Assembly: GCF_009914755.1 (NCBI RefSeq)
Contig: NC_060933.1
Origin: the human T2T-CHM13v2.0 reference genome, Homo sapiens
Direction: 5' to 3' (one strand)
DNA: 64,000 nucleotides
The first letter of the stretch is position 1. Each line of letters starts with the position of its first letter. The notes below the pieces were generated by a model. The model made no database searches. It was not told the origin of the DNA and saw only the letters and a list, made by a program, of their open reading frames with translations. A program made the position numbers and the translations under genes. This document shows positions 51,331 through 64,000 of the stretch, piece by piece.

Positions 51331-53510
51331 TGCGTCTTCCTCTCGTATCCCGCCACCTTAACCCACAAGTATAGGACATCTCTACTCCTTCCCTGGCAAC
51401 TGATCACATGCCCATTACCATCCCATTAAAACCTAATCACTCTTACCCGGCTTAACGCCAATATCCCATCCCACAGCACACTTTAAAAGAATTAAAGCCT
51501 GTTATCACTCGCCTGCTACAGCGTGGACTTCTAAAACCTATAAACTCTCCTTACAATTCTCCCATTTTACCTGTCCAAAATCCGGACAAGTCTTACAGAT
51601 TGGTTCAAGATCTGCACCTTATCAACCAAATTGTTTTGCCTATCCACCCTGTGGTGCCCAACCCGTACACTCTTTTGTCCTCAATACCTTCCTCCACAAC
51701 TCACTATTCCATTCTTGATCTTAAAGATGCTTTTTTCACTATTCCCCTGCACCCCTTGTCCCAGCCTCTCTTTGCTTTCACCTGGACTGACCCTGACACC
51801 CAACAGTCCCAGCAGCTTACCTAGGCTGTGCTGCCGCGAAGTTTCAAGGACAGCCCTCATTACTTCAGCCAAGCTCTTTCTCATGATTTACTTTCTTTCC
51901 ATCCCTCCGCTTCTCACCTTATTCAATATATTGATGACCTTTTTCTTTGTAGCCCCTCCTTTGAATCTTCTCAACAAGACACACTTCTGCTCCTTCAGCA
52001 TTTATTCTCTGAAGGATATCAAGTATCCCCCTCCAAAGCTCAAATTTCTTCTCCATCCGTTACCTACCTCGGCGTAATTCTCATAAAAACACACGTGCTC
52101 TCCCTGCTGATCATGTCTGACTGATCTCTCAAACCCCAACACCTGCTACATCCTAGGCATAGTTAGATACTTTCGCCTTTAAATGCCTAGATTTGCCATC
52201 CTAACAAAATCATTATATAAACTCACAAAAAGAAACCTAGCTGACTCCATAGATCCTAAGTCTTTCCCTACTCCTCTTTCTGTTCCTTGAAGACAGCTTT
52301 AAAGACTGCCCCAACCCTAGCTCTCCCTGACTTATCCCAACCCTTTTCATTACACACAGCCGAAGTGCAAGGCTGTGCAGTCAGAATTCTTACACAAGGA
52401 CCAGGATCGCGTCCTGTAGCCTTTTTGTCCAAACAACTTGACATTACTGTTTTAAGCTGGCCATCATGTCTCCGTGCAGTGGCTGCTGCCACCCTAATAC
52501 TTTTAGAGTCCCTTAAAATCACAAACTATGCTCAACTCACTCTCTACGGCTCTCATCATTTCCAAAATCTATTTTGTTCCTCACACCTGACGCATATACT
52601 TTCTGCTCCCCAGCTCCTTCAGCTGTACTCACTCTTTGTTAAGTCTCCTACAATTACCACTGTTCTTGGCCCAGACTTCAATCCGGCCTCCCACATTATT
52701 CCTGATACCACACCTGACCCTCATGACTGCATCTCTCTGATCCACCTGACGTTCACCCCATTTCCCCACATTTCCTTCTTCCCTGTTTCTCACCCTGATG
52801 ACACTTAGTTTATTGATGGCAGTTCCACCAGGCCTAATCGCCACACACCAGCAAAGGCAGGCTATGCTATAGTACAAGCCACTAGCCTGCCTCTTAGAAC
52901 CTCTCATTTCCTTTCCATCATGGAAATCTATCCTCAAGGAAATAACTTCTCAGTGTTCCATCTGCTATTCTATTACTCCTCAGGGATTATTCAGGCCCCC
53001 TCCCTTCCCTACACATCAAGCTCAGAGATTTGCCCCCACCCAGGACTGGCAAATTAGCTTTACTTAACATGCCCTGAGTCAGGAAACTAAAATACCTCTT
53101 GGTCTAGGTAGACACTTTCACTGGATAAGTAGAGGCCTTTCCCACAGGATCTAAGAAGGCCACCACGGTCATTTCTTCCCTTCTGTCAGACATAATTCCT
53201 CGGTTTGGCCTTCCCACCTCTATACAGTCCGATAGCAGACCGGCCTTTGTTAGTCAAATCAGCCAAGCATTTTTTCAGGCTCTTAGTATTCAGTGAAACC
53301 TTTATATCCCTTACAGTCCTCAGTCTCCAGAAAAGTCTTCAAACTAATAGTCTTTTAAAAACACACCTCACCAAGCTCAGCCACCAACTTAAAAAGGACT
53401 GGACAGTACTTTTACCACTTTCCCTTCTCAGAAATTCAGGCCTGTCCTCAGAATGCTACAAGGTACAGCCATTTTAAGCTCCTGTATAGATGCTCCTTTT
53501 TATTAAGCCC
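51331..53510 (+). pseudogene. pol: HERV-H pol remnant (RT, tether, partial RNase H, partial integrase)
   Basis: LDLKDAFF, LPRSFKDSP, YIDD (51927-51938), APTLALPD, RPVAFLSKQLD, FIDGSS; multiple stops, frameshifts and deletions. Confidence 0.92.
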
Positions 53511-54125
53511 CAGTCTCATTCCAGACACCAGACCAACTTAGATTGTGCCCCAAAAAACTTGTCATCCCTACTGTCTTCTGTCTAGTCATACTCCTATTCA
53601 CCATTCTCAACTACTCATACATGCTCTGCTCTTGTTTACACTGCCAGTTTACACTGTTTCTCCAAGCCATCACAGCAGATATCTCCTGGTGCTATCCCCA
53701 AACCGCCACTTTTAACTCTTAAAGTAAATAAATAATCTTTGCTGGCAAGGCTATGCTGAACCTTCTTAGGCACTCTCTAATTGGATGTCCTAGGTCCTCC
53801 CAATTCTTGGTCCTTTAATACCTTTGTTTCTCCTTCTCTTATTCCGTTTAGTTTTTCAATTCATACAAAACTGTATCCAGGCCATCACCAATAATTCTAA
53901 ATGACAAATGTTTCTTCTAACAACCCCATAATATCACCCCTTACCACAAAATCTTCCTTCAGCTTCATCTCTCCCACTCTAAGTTCCCACGCCGCCCCTA
54001 ATCCCGCTCGAAGCAGCCCTGAGAAACATCGCCCATTATCTCTCCATACCACCCCTCAAAAATTTTCACTGTCCCAATACTTTACCACTATTTCGTTTTA
54101 TTTTTCTTATTAATATAAGAAGACA

Positions 54126-54444
<319 letters not shown>

Positions 54445-54682
54445 TCATTGTGCTAAGTTTTTAAAGATGACTAGGATTCCTGGGCAGGGGGGATCGGGGG
54501 CGGGGGGCCAAGAAAAAGTAGAGAAGGGGATTCTAAGGAGGCAAAAACACTTATGAAAACAAACCAGAATTAAGAAAGCTGGTGAAGAGTATGTGTTTGA
54601 AGGGAGGGGCAAGTAATGAGATTGGAAAGATAAGCTGGGTCCTGATTGTGAAAGGGCTTGTAAACCACATGAACAAGTTTGA

Positions 54683-55010
<328 letters not shown>

Positions 55011-58000
55011 GACAATGGAAGTCTTTAAGCAGAGAAGTAACCTTATGACATTTTTTTAGGAAGAAAATCCTGGCAGAAGAGTGTATGAAAAATTGGAAAG
55101 ATGCAAATCCAGAGGCAGGGATATCCGTGGGAAATGTTTGCAATAATCTTGGCAAGAAAAATCTAAGGTAGTGATAATGAGTGAGAAATGAAGTGGAAGA
55201 ATTGGACTTGAGGAATATTCTAAGGTAGGATGAGCAGATCGTAATGATTGATAGAATGCAAGGAACAAGAGAGAAGGAAGAGTCTGTAACCTATAATGAC
55301 TCAAGCTAGAATAAAGACAAGAGAAGCAGAGGCAGCATAGATTTTGTTGTTCAGATGAGCAGTATGTGTATGCAAGACATGCTAGTAGGACTGTTATACA
55401 GGTAGTTGGAAACTGGGTCTAGAGTTCATTGCAAAGCTCCGAGCTAGAGATATAAATTTGGAAGTCATCAGAGAATAGCGAGCAGTGAAAACTCCGGGAT
55501 TGATTCCAAAAAGAGGAGTTGAACAAGCTTTCTTCTTGGTCTGTTGCATTACTTTCCCTGCTATTCACTCTTCTGAAATGAAGTGCAATCCATGTCACAT
55601 GGTCTCCAAAAATAATGTCTTCAAGCCGTCCTAGAGCTATTCACCTTTCACATTTTTATTCCACAAAATGCAGCCATGGTTAAGTCACCTCATTGTCTCA
55701 TGTAGAAGAAGCATCCTTTGGCATTGAATTCATCAACAAAAAAACTGCTCCTTGGATTTTTGGGACTGTTTTCTTGACAGAAACCAGCCTCTTACCATAA
55801 ACAATTTATGCCTCAACTTTGTTCAGCCTCAAAATGTTGGAGGACTAAACTGACCATTTTTTACAATGCATACTCATTTTCAGGAAGTAGCTGCATACAA
55901 ATTTACCAAGAAACCCATAATTTTATGACAAATCAGTGTTTCAAAGGCCCTTCCACCTTTTACATTTTTTCTTCCTCTCAAGTCTTAGCAGGCAGATTCT
56001 TCTCTACAAATAAGGCTAAGCCCTTTATCGTGTCCCAGGTCCATAATGAATTGCATGACTCTTCTAGAATAAGAAATTTTGATCACAGAATATGTCTCTA
56101 AAGGGCTAAGGATGATCTTAAGGGTTTATGAAGCAGATATCTACCAGGAGAGAGAGAATATTTTTTTCCACCAGAATCCTAGTTTGGGCTGGGTAGGAGG
56201 AGGCCCCAGGCCAGTTATTTGAAGCAAATGAATGACCAAACATTGTCATTTTGGGCAATAGTTCACCATTTGCTTTGGATGAATGTAAAGAATTATGGGC
56301 AGGGCCATTATTAGACAGCCATAATATCTCATCATTCTCAAGCTTAATGTTGGACAAAAAAGAAGTTGCAGACTAAGGATGCCTTTGAGTTGACTGATGG
56401 ATATAATTAACCAGAATGGCTTGGTAGTTTCCTCATTGCTCCATATACCATGTCTTCTTAACAATAGGAGCCAGTTATAACAAATCATCAATGAAAGAGC
56501 ACAGAATTGAAATTTAGAAACATTAGGTTCACATCCCAGCTTCAATCTTGAGCAAATTAATTAAACTTTTAGGGGCTTATTATCCCTATTTGTAAAACAT
56601 TGAAAATAGTACCACTTTACAGGGTTTTGTTTAAGCATCAGTGGGATAATATATGTGAAAACCTTTATCATAGCACCAAGTAAATAAAGACTTGCCCCCA
56701 AACATCAGTACTGGATCAGAAAAACAGCTTGGGCTCCAAATAAGATCATGGTCTGCTTATGCCAGATGTTGAGTCTTTGTTCTAATGATATAGTAGAATG
56801 AGTCTTAGCTCTAATGAAAGAGTCTTTGCTCTGTTGAACTTAGAGATCCTGAGTCATATTAGTTGGAGACCAGACCTGACCCATCTTTATATTAACCATC
56901 AGCAAATGCATTCTTATTTGAGTGACTAGAAAATTTAGGACTTTTAAGAAGTCGTTGCTTTTCTGTTTGTGATTTTTTTTTAGGTGCTCAACAAGAGAAC
57001 CTACCTTTACCTCAATGTAAAAAAGCCATAAAAATCTGACAACACAACTGCTTAAATTAAAAAAATATATATATGCAGAACTTCAGACAGAAAAGGTAGA
57101 GTATCCCTCAGATTTAGTAAAGTTTTGGGTAGGGAACTAGCTGATTTTAAGACACTAGACTAGAGCTGCCTTGATATTATAACATAGTATGCATGACTAA
57201 TATCTGGCATAGTTTTCAAACATAAATCTATTCCCCATAAACTTTGACTATGTGTGGCTCCCTCTCCAGTGTAAAATTTTGTCTGAGGAAAATTCCAAAG
57301 AGTTTCACTGAATACAAAAAACTGAAGAGAGCAAACTTAACAAATAAGACATTTTGGAAAAGGTCAAAGGATATTTAAGAGAGCTTGCCAAGATAAACAG
57401 CATAGGTTCAAAGAAAAAAAAAACTTATAATAAATTAATATTTTAGAATCCAATATATGTCACTCTCCTTGTATATTAGAATGAAATAGACATCCATTTA
57501 ACAAGTACTCACCAAGGAGAAATTGATTTTGGGGGCCCACTGGACATTCACACCACAGTTTGCTACTGATACAATGAAAGGTTAATGTACCCAGTCACAC
57601 AGAGCCAGTGAAGGAGGCTTGAGGTTGCACCTCATTCATGACCAAATCATCTTCAGGCAACCAAGAGACTTCCTGGAAACTTCTGTGAGAAGCTGTGGAC
57701 TTTGCCATCCTGGGCCATTTATCCAGGCATGATGTTTAATTAGTGCACACAAAGTCGACGTGAAGGCTTGGCAACTCATCCTCTCACCCCTGTTGGGTTC
57801 ATTGCCTCATTAGAAAAGCCCTGGATGACTAACCAGCCAGACAAAACTAACAAGCACATTTTCCACTGTCCACAGTAGCAGTAGCTAACATTTTTATAAA
57901 GATATAAGGTTTACAAAGTGATTTTATGTATGCAATACTCTCTGTTGCAGAGTAGCAGACAAAGCACCAGACCTTGGATTTCAAAGACCCGAGTCTATAT

Positions 58001-60065
58001 CTCAATCGTCTCAATCCTGCCATTATGTGACGCTGGAAAGAGTGCTAATGCTGCCTGCCTCACAGGGAGTTGTTGGGATTATCTGAGATAGTACATGTAA
58101 ACATAACTACCCCTTTGCAGGTGCTCAGTGATGATTGTCGTGACCCAATCTACTGCCTTCCCACTTCTCCAACCATTTAATTTGAAGAGTGAAATTGCCT
58201 AAATTGTCTGCTCTACATCTGAAGATATGGTGGCCCCAGAGTGACCCCCTATGTAGATCAGATGGTCAATGACAATAGAGGTTAACTGAGAAGATCATAA
58301 TAGGAGATTCAGACAGGAAAGCTGGAATAGAAGACAACGTCAGCTAGGTTGACCCATCTTCAGATAAAATCTTATTGCCAATCCAGACTTCCTAGAAATT
58401 ATTTTCTAGCTAAGCATGATTCTTGTTAGTTGCTGAGCTAATGTGATTATGCTGTATCCATGTGACCAAAGGAAACACTTTGAATAAAACACAGAAGAAT
58501 GTTAACATTTAACTCTACAATAGAGGTCTTGTCTCTTGCCTCTTTTTCTTCTCCCATGTTTTGTTTCAAAACTCCAGGACTGAGTCCTCAGCTCCCTCAA
58601 GAGAAGGGGGCTGGGGCTCACACAGCAACTGTATTTGAAGGAAAGCAGTGATTACCTCTCCTATCTTTCACAGTCAAATAAATATTTACTAAGTAAGGAC
58701 ACATAGCATACATTAAAATTAATGCTTCGCACAGCTTTGGAAATGTCTGTCATATCTGTCAATGTTTCAATAGCTCCACGACTGTGAATGGCTCTGCTGT
58801 CTCTCAGTGAGAGCTGCCATTTTCCTGATGGTGCTCTGCAGGAGGCTGGGCCTGATTACACACTCGGAGCCTGAGGACGGGCAGCTAAGCGGACGAAAGC
58901 TCAAGGGAGAGAGGGAGAGCTTATAAAGTTATTGTTCAGTGAGGTCTGCGGCTGCTCTACAATATTTTTGGAGAGCAATTTAATGGTGATTTCAAATAAA
59001 GAGAGGAAGCTACACCTAATAGGCACATCCGTGTTTATAGACTATTAACAAAGAAAAACTGGAGAAAACTGACAATCATCTTTACTTGGTTAAATAGCCT
59101 ATGCAGAGTTATGTCTTCTCTGTGTCAAGTTGTCACCAGCCCAAGGGTTTCAGAAAGGACAGTTTACACTTAAAAGATATTGATGTGTGTGTTTCCCCAA
59201 GTGTCATTCACCCAATGCCTGTGCATCATGGAGATATTTGAACTTGGATAATTTTCTTTTAGTGTTCTTCGCTCCTCTAGGAACAATGTCAACTCCTGAC
59301 ACTAATCTGGCTACTGAAATGATGGCTTCCAGTTTCATTAATGATATATTTATGATCCTTTTAAAATGCCAGTGATCTACTCTTTTTGGAAAATATACAC
59401 AGCCATTAAGAAAGCCATATTTTTCAGCTGTTGCTCCTTCCATTGGCACCTCAGTTTCACTGCAGCTACAGTCACCAGAGGATGGAAAGAAATTTGCGGG
59501 CTATTTTGGGACAGTGAGAGAAACAGATCTGGAGAGATACAGAAATAGAGAAAGCAAGAGGTGAAATGAGAAATAGCAAACAGAGAGGTATGTGTTACAC
59601 AGTTGACTACATTTTCCCAAGTATTCAGAAATAAATTAGTGACATTCCTGAATGTGCCGGAATGTCTTGCTTCATTCCAGCTGTGTTTTTTCTGTGACTC
59701 ATATGTTAGGGTCCCATCTCATCAACTCTGGCATATGAGTGTTCTGATTTAACATCGGTGCTGGCTTCCTGGGTTTTTTTGTTTTTTGTTTTTTTTGTTT
59801 TGTTTTGTTTTAGAAAGACGCAATTATTTTTGTTAAGAAGAAAGCCAGTCTTTCCTGTCAATATTTTTATCAATGTATATGCCTCCCCATAAAAGGTATT
59901 TTACATTATAGAAATGAGATTGGAAAATAATTACAGAGGTTCTATCTCTAATGCTTTTTGAAGTTACTTGGCTATTTGGAACATGTTTATTACCTCAGTG
60001 TAAATGGCAAAATAAATAAATAAATAAGCTTGCATGTATAATTCTAGCACTGAGAAGCAACTGAG

Positions 60066-60525
60066 GTATTCATTTGGGTTTCCCAGAAGCAGAACCTGAG
60101 ATGAGGATTGTTTCATCGGTGACCTACTAAAGAAGGATTCTCTGGAGAAATTGGTAAGCGTCGGGAAATCAGAATAGGAAAAAGGAAGAAGCTGAACATG
60201 ATGTAATATCAGGTGAAGTTCCAGCCTCAACCTGAATCTGTGGGGAACTCTGGAGGATATTTAATGTTGCAGTTTGGTCTACACTGGGGCAAAGGAGCTG
60301 GAATTTCATACTGCTGCACCAGTAAAACATTGGCTTCAGATGCCCTCAAGGGATGTAAACTACCAAGCACTTTGGCTCTCGGGAGGTCCAAGCAAAAATT
60401 GTCCAACAGCTCAAAAGTGGTTCTCTTCAGAAGGTCACTAGTATAAGCTGTTAGAGGCAAAGCAGCCAGAAGCTGTAGGATGGTATACAAGGGGATTTGT
60501 CTGGATCACCAACAGCATCCACTAC
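60066..60525 (-). mobile_element. ERVL solo LTR (LTR16-like)
   Basis: gggtttcccagaagcagaacctgagatgaggatt at one end and caccaacagcatccactac at the other. Confidence 0.65.
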
Positions 60526-60779
60526 GACATATGACCTTCATTTATTCACCAAATAATCATTTAGTGCCTACTGTGTGCCAGGTTCTGGGCGAAGTACTAG
60601 GCTTATTAAAGTGAACAAGAAATTATTTTCTGAAAAAGTTCAACACCCAGCAGAAGGAATGGGATATAAAGTGGTCACTAAAATATAATGTGTTTGGTGC
60701 TTCAAGGATAAAAGTACTATGAAACCATATAACAGCCAAGAGGGGATGTCATGAAAAACTTCAGAGAGAACATAATCTT

Positions 60780-61115
<336 letters not shown>

Positions 61116-62892
61116 TGAACAAGTAGAAGAACTCAAAAACATTGTGAAAAGATGAAGTATTGCATCCTCAGCTCCTCAGCTTAGCTGAGCTCTGCACACA
61201 CCCTGGATCACTGTTGTTTTTCTGAGATATTCATTAAGTATGTGCCCTGGAAACATTTTCTGGGGATCTGATATGTTCTAGGAACCGCCACAGGCACTGG
61301 AGACACAAAGAAAAACAACAGTCCCAACCTTTAGAGGAGCTCACATCTTGAGCTCATCATTTCCCATTCTGGAAATTCAGATTCTTCATCTGAAAAATAA
61401 AATGTATAAACCCTTGGCACCTGTCCATACTCAAGAATAATACTTAAAAAAAAAAAAAGAACTCAACGGAAATGCTCCAAACGATTAAAATCTCAGATCT
61501 CAGAAGCCCCCAGAAAACAACCAACAAGCAACTTTTCTTTTTTTTCCCCCTTCTTTGTAGAAGGTGCGGGCACAGTTAGTTACAGATTTAAACTCAGCTC
61601 TTAGAATGAATGACTATTATCCCCAGTGAAATATCTATAATGTCTTAATCTACCACCAAAAATAAAAATAAAAAAGTAAATGAATCTTAAGCTCCCTGTG
61701 ATAATAGTCCCTATCATGAACAGCCAAACAAAATCAATTATAGGAAAGCATCAGAATGAAGGATGGTGACACCCTGGGCCAGACAGATGTGGACATAATT
61801 GTCAGTAGAAAATGAAGAAGAAAGGAGAATAATGCAGAGGAAAAGCAAGACCTAAGCAATTCTTGCCTCATATAGCCTGCCCCAGTTTACAAACTGAGAT
61901 GCCCTCCCTGGGCCAGTCCAAATCTTGTCTAAACTTTCCCATCAAGCCATGTTGTACCTTTCTAATGAAATAGTCCAAACCCTTATTTTAACCTTGATAG
62001 TTCTTGTGCTGACATCAGTCATTGAGTTCTCTACAAATCTTCTGGCCTAATTTCTTAACTATCTCTTGTATCCCCTACTAGTATGTAAACTCTTTGAAGG
62101 TAAAAATTTTTCTTTGTTTCTTCTTTTCACTCTCCAAGCTGAGTGAAGGGAAATGGAAGACATGAGAACTCATGCTTGCTAAGGAAGAAATGGGTAGCGT
62201 CTCCTCAAGCTCTAAGTGTGCCTTCAAATTCTGAAACACAAACCAAAATGTGGGTGCAGGAAAGATCACACATTGGCAACAATGCAGATGAGTCATCAAA
62301 TTTAGTAAGATTAGCATAGAAATGACAGAAAGGATGGCTGAGATCAGAATCTGACTCCTGTGAAAAAGATGCCAACACTAATCAAAGGGTTGAAAAGGAC
62401 ACAAGGCAGGAAGGAATAAGTCAAGATCAGAGCTAGCAGGAACTAAAAGGGAAGACGGCAGAGAAATAAAATTTGAAAGATAGGGCCACAGTGTGCAGAC
62501 AGCTCTCTGCTGAGGTCCACCTCTTTTGACGACAAAGTCCACTCAGCCATCATTGCTGAATTGTGGTGATGGCCACCCAAAAGCACGATAAGTTGCATGT
62601 CTTCAGAGTTTATATGAAATTCCAGTTTTAAGGATGAAAATCTTAAAGACTACATCGATTCACTATTCCTCTATTTAATGTGCTGAAACAATTACAGAGA
62701 CTATGAAATGACTATGACCAAGAGGATAGAAGAACCTGTCCTCCAGGTATGTGAACAATCTATGAAGATATTCGCTTTGTTTCCAATATGTATCTTTGAC
62801 TTTTTTATAGTAATAAGGGTGAAAATGGGTAGAAATTTCCTGAAAGTGGAAAAAACACTTAAGGAAGTAGAGAAATTGAATACCTGGGTCAA

Positions 62893-63090
62893 CACTGTCT
62901 ATAGAGCCTTCTGTGATTATGGAAATCTTCTGTATCTGCCCTGTCCAATCACTGTGCTGGCCACTAGACGCATGTGGTTATTGAACACTTGTAATGTGAC
63001 TGAAGAGGAACTGATTTTCTTTTAATTTTCTCTAATTCTAATTAACTTAAATAGACACATGTGGCCAGTGGCTCCCATATTGGACAGTGA
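62893..63090. mobile_element. MER3 (hAT-Charlie)
   Basis: ttctgtgattatggaaat..ctgtccaat..ccactag..catgtggttattgaacactt..aatgtg..gaggaactga..atattggacag. Confidence 0.85.
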
Positions 63091-63574
63091 TAACCTAATC
63101 ATCATCTAAAAGGATGAAGAGAAAACAAATAATGAGGTTGAAGGAAGAGAATAAAAAAGAAAAATAATGACTAAATTGAGAAAGTGATGAGAATGGGCAA
63201 CAAAGGTAGTCAGTAGAAGGAAAGAGTGAACAAGACCATCTAGGAGATCTGTTTTTATTTAAAAGAAGATTTGTTGCCAGGAAATAGATCAGCCTAAGAC
63301 CAGAGTTAAAAGAGCTTAGCTAGGAGAGGTGAGATTGGCAAGAGGCCTTGTCAGGAAACATCAACTAGTTTCTACAATCTGGAAGAATGTTGAGCTAAGA
63401 ATTCCTTCTATGTTCAATTTCTAGGATCCTAAATAAAGCCATGTGCACTGTCTGTTTCAATTTTAGATTGGGCCAAGGAATATCCCTACAAGTCACTTTA
63501 TTTGATGCTACTTTCTAAGGAATGGCAGTTCTCATTCTTTGAAAGACAACTCTGACTAGCTGGGTCTTAAGTCC

Positions 63575-63879
63575 AAAAAATAAGACAAAAATTAACAAAT
63601 GCTGGCAAGGATGTGGAGAAAACGGAACTCTTATACACTGTTGATGGAAATGTAAACTAGTACAGCCACTATGAATAACAGTATGGAGGTTCCTCAAAAA
63701 ACTACAAATATTATAGAAAGACCATATGATACAGCAATCCTACTACTGGGCATTTGTCCAAAAGAAATCAAATCAGTATATCAAAAAGACATCTGCAGTG
63801 TCCTGTTTCCTGCAGCACTATTCTCAATAGCCAAGATATGGAATCAAAGTGTCCAACAACAGATGAATGGATAAAGAAA

Positions 63880-63935
<56 letters not shown>

Positions 63936-64000
63936 ATATAATGGAATACTATTCAGCCATAAAAAAGAATGCAATCCTATCAATTGCAACAACATGGATG
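63575..64000 (+). mobile_element. L1MA-like ORF2 end/3' UTR with an internal (TA)n, truncated by the window end
   Basis: aacaaatgctggcaaggatgtggagaaa..cagcaatcctactactggg..cagatgaatggataaagaaa..actattcagccataaaaaagaatg. Confidence 0.9.

Larger units (their letters stand above)
48545..54125 (+). mobile_element. HERV-H provirus (common deleted type) lacking its 3' LTR
   Basis: LTR7, tRNA-His primer-binding site, gag/pro/pol remnants, env remnant, polypurine-tract start ataagaagaca; TSD gtcag at 48540-48544 and 54126-54130. Confidence 0.97.

Noticed and set aside
51600-52808. HERV-H pol ORF pieces as a functional reverse transcriptase
   Set aside because: Interrupted by stops, frameshifts and deletions; the protease lacks its catalytic Asp
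58830-58950. Hammerhead-ribozyme-like cores CTGAGGA (58871) and GGACGAAA (58891) with an AGCTC/GAGCT stem
   Set aside because: Stem II does not pair (cggg versus ggac), and no permutation gives stems I-III together with a valid NUH site; treated as chance unless an Infernal search against Rfam hammerhead models scores it

Overview
Primate (human-like) non-coding genomic DNA, CpG-depleted and dense in interspersed repeats (Alu, L1, MIR, L2, MaLR/ERVL LTRs, hAT and Tigger DNA transposons). No intact cellular protein-coding gene is supported; the listed ORFs are chance or repeat-derived. The main element is a ~5.6 kb deleted-type HERV-H provirus (48545-54125, +) inserted inside an Alu. It has a 5' LTR7 and both 5-bp target-site duplication (TSD) copies but no 3' LTR. 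Other notable items: a tailless retroposed 5' half of tRNA-Cys with a long TSD; a mosaic of locally copied fragments at ~3.4-3.6 kb; a minisatellite whose unit resembles a tRNA A-box; a forkhead-motif tandem triplication beside an AP-1/MARE cluster; and several + strand candidate exons, one directly behind a (TG)29 tract. Repeat subfamily names come from recognising consensus motifs by eye, and many old MIR/L2 fragments are not itemised.
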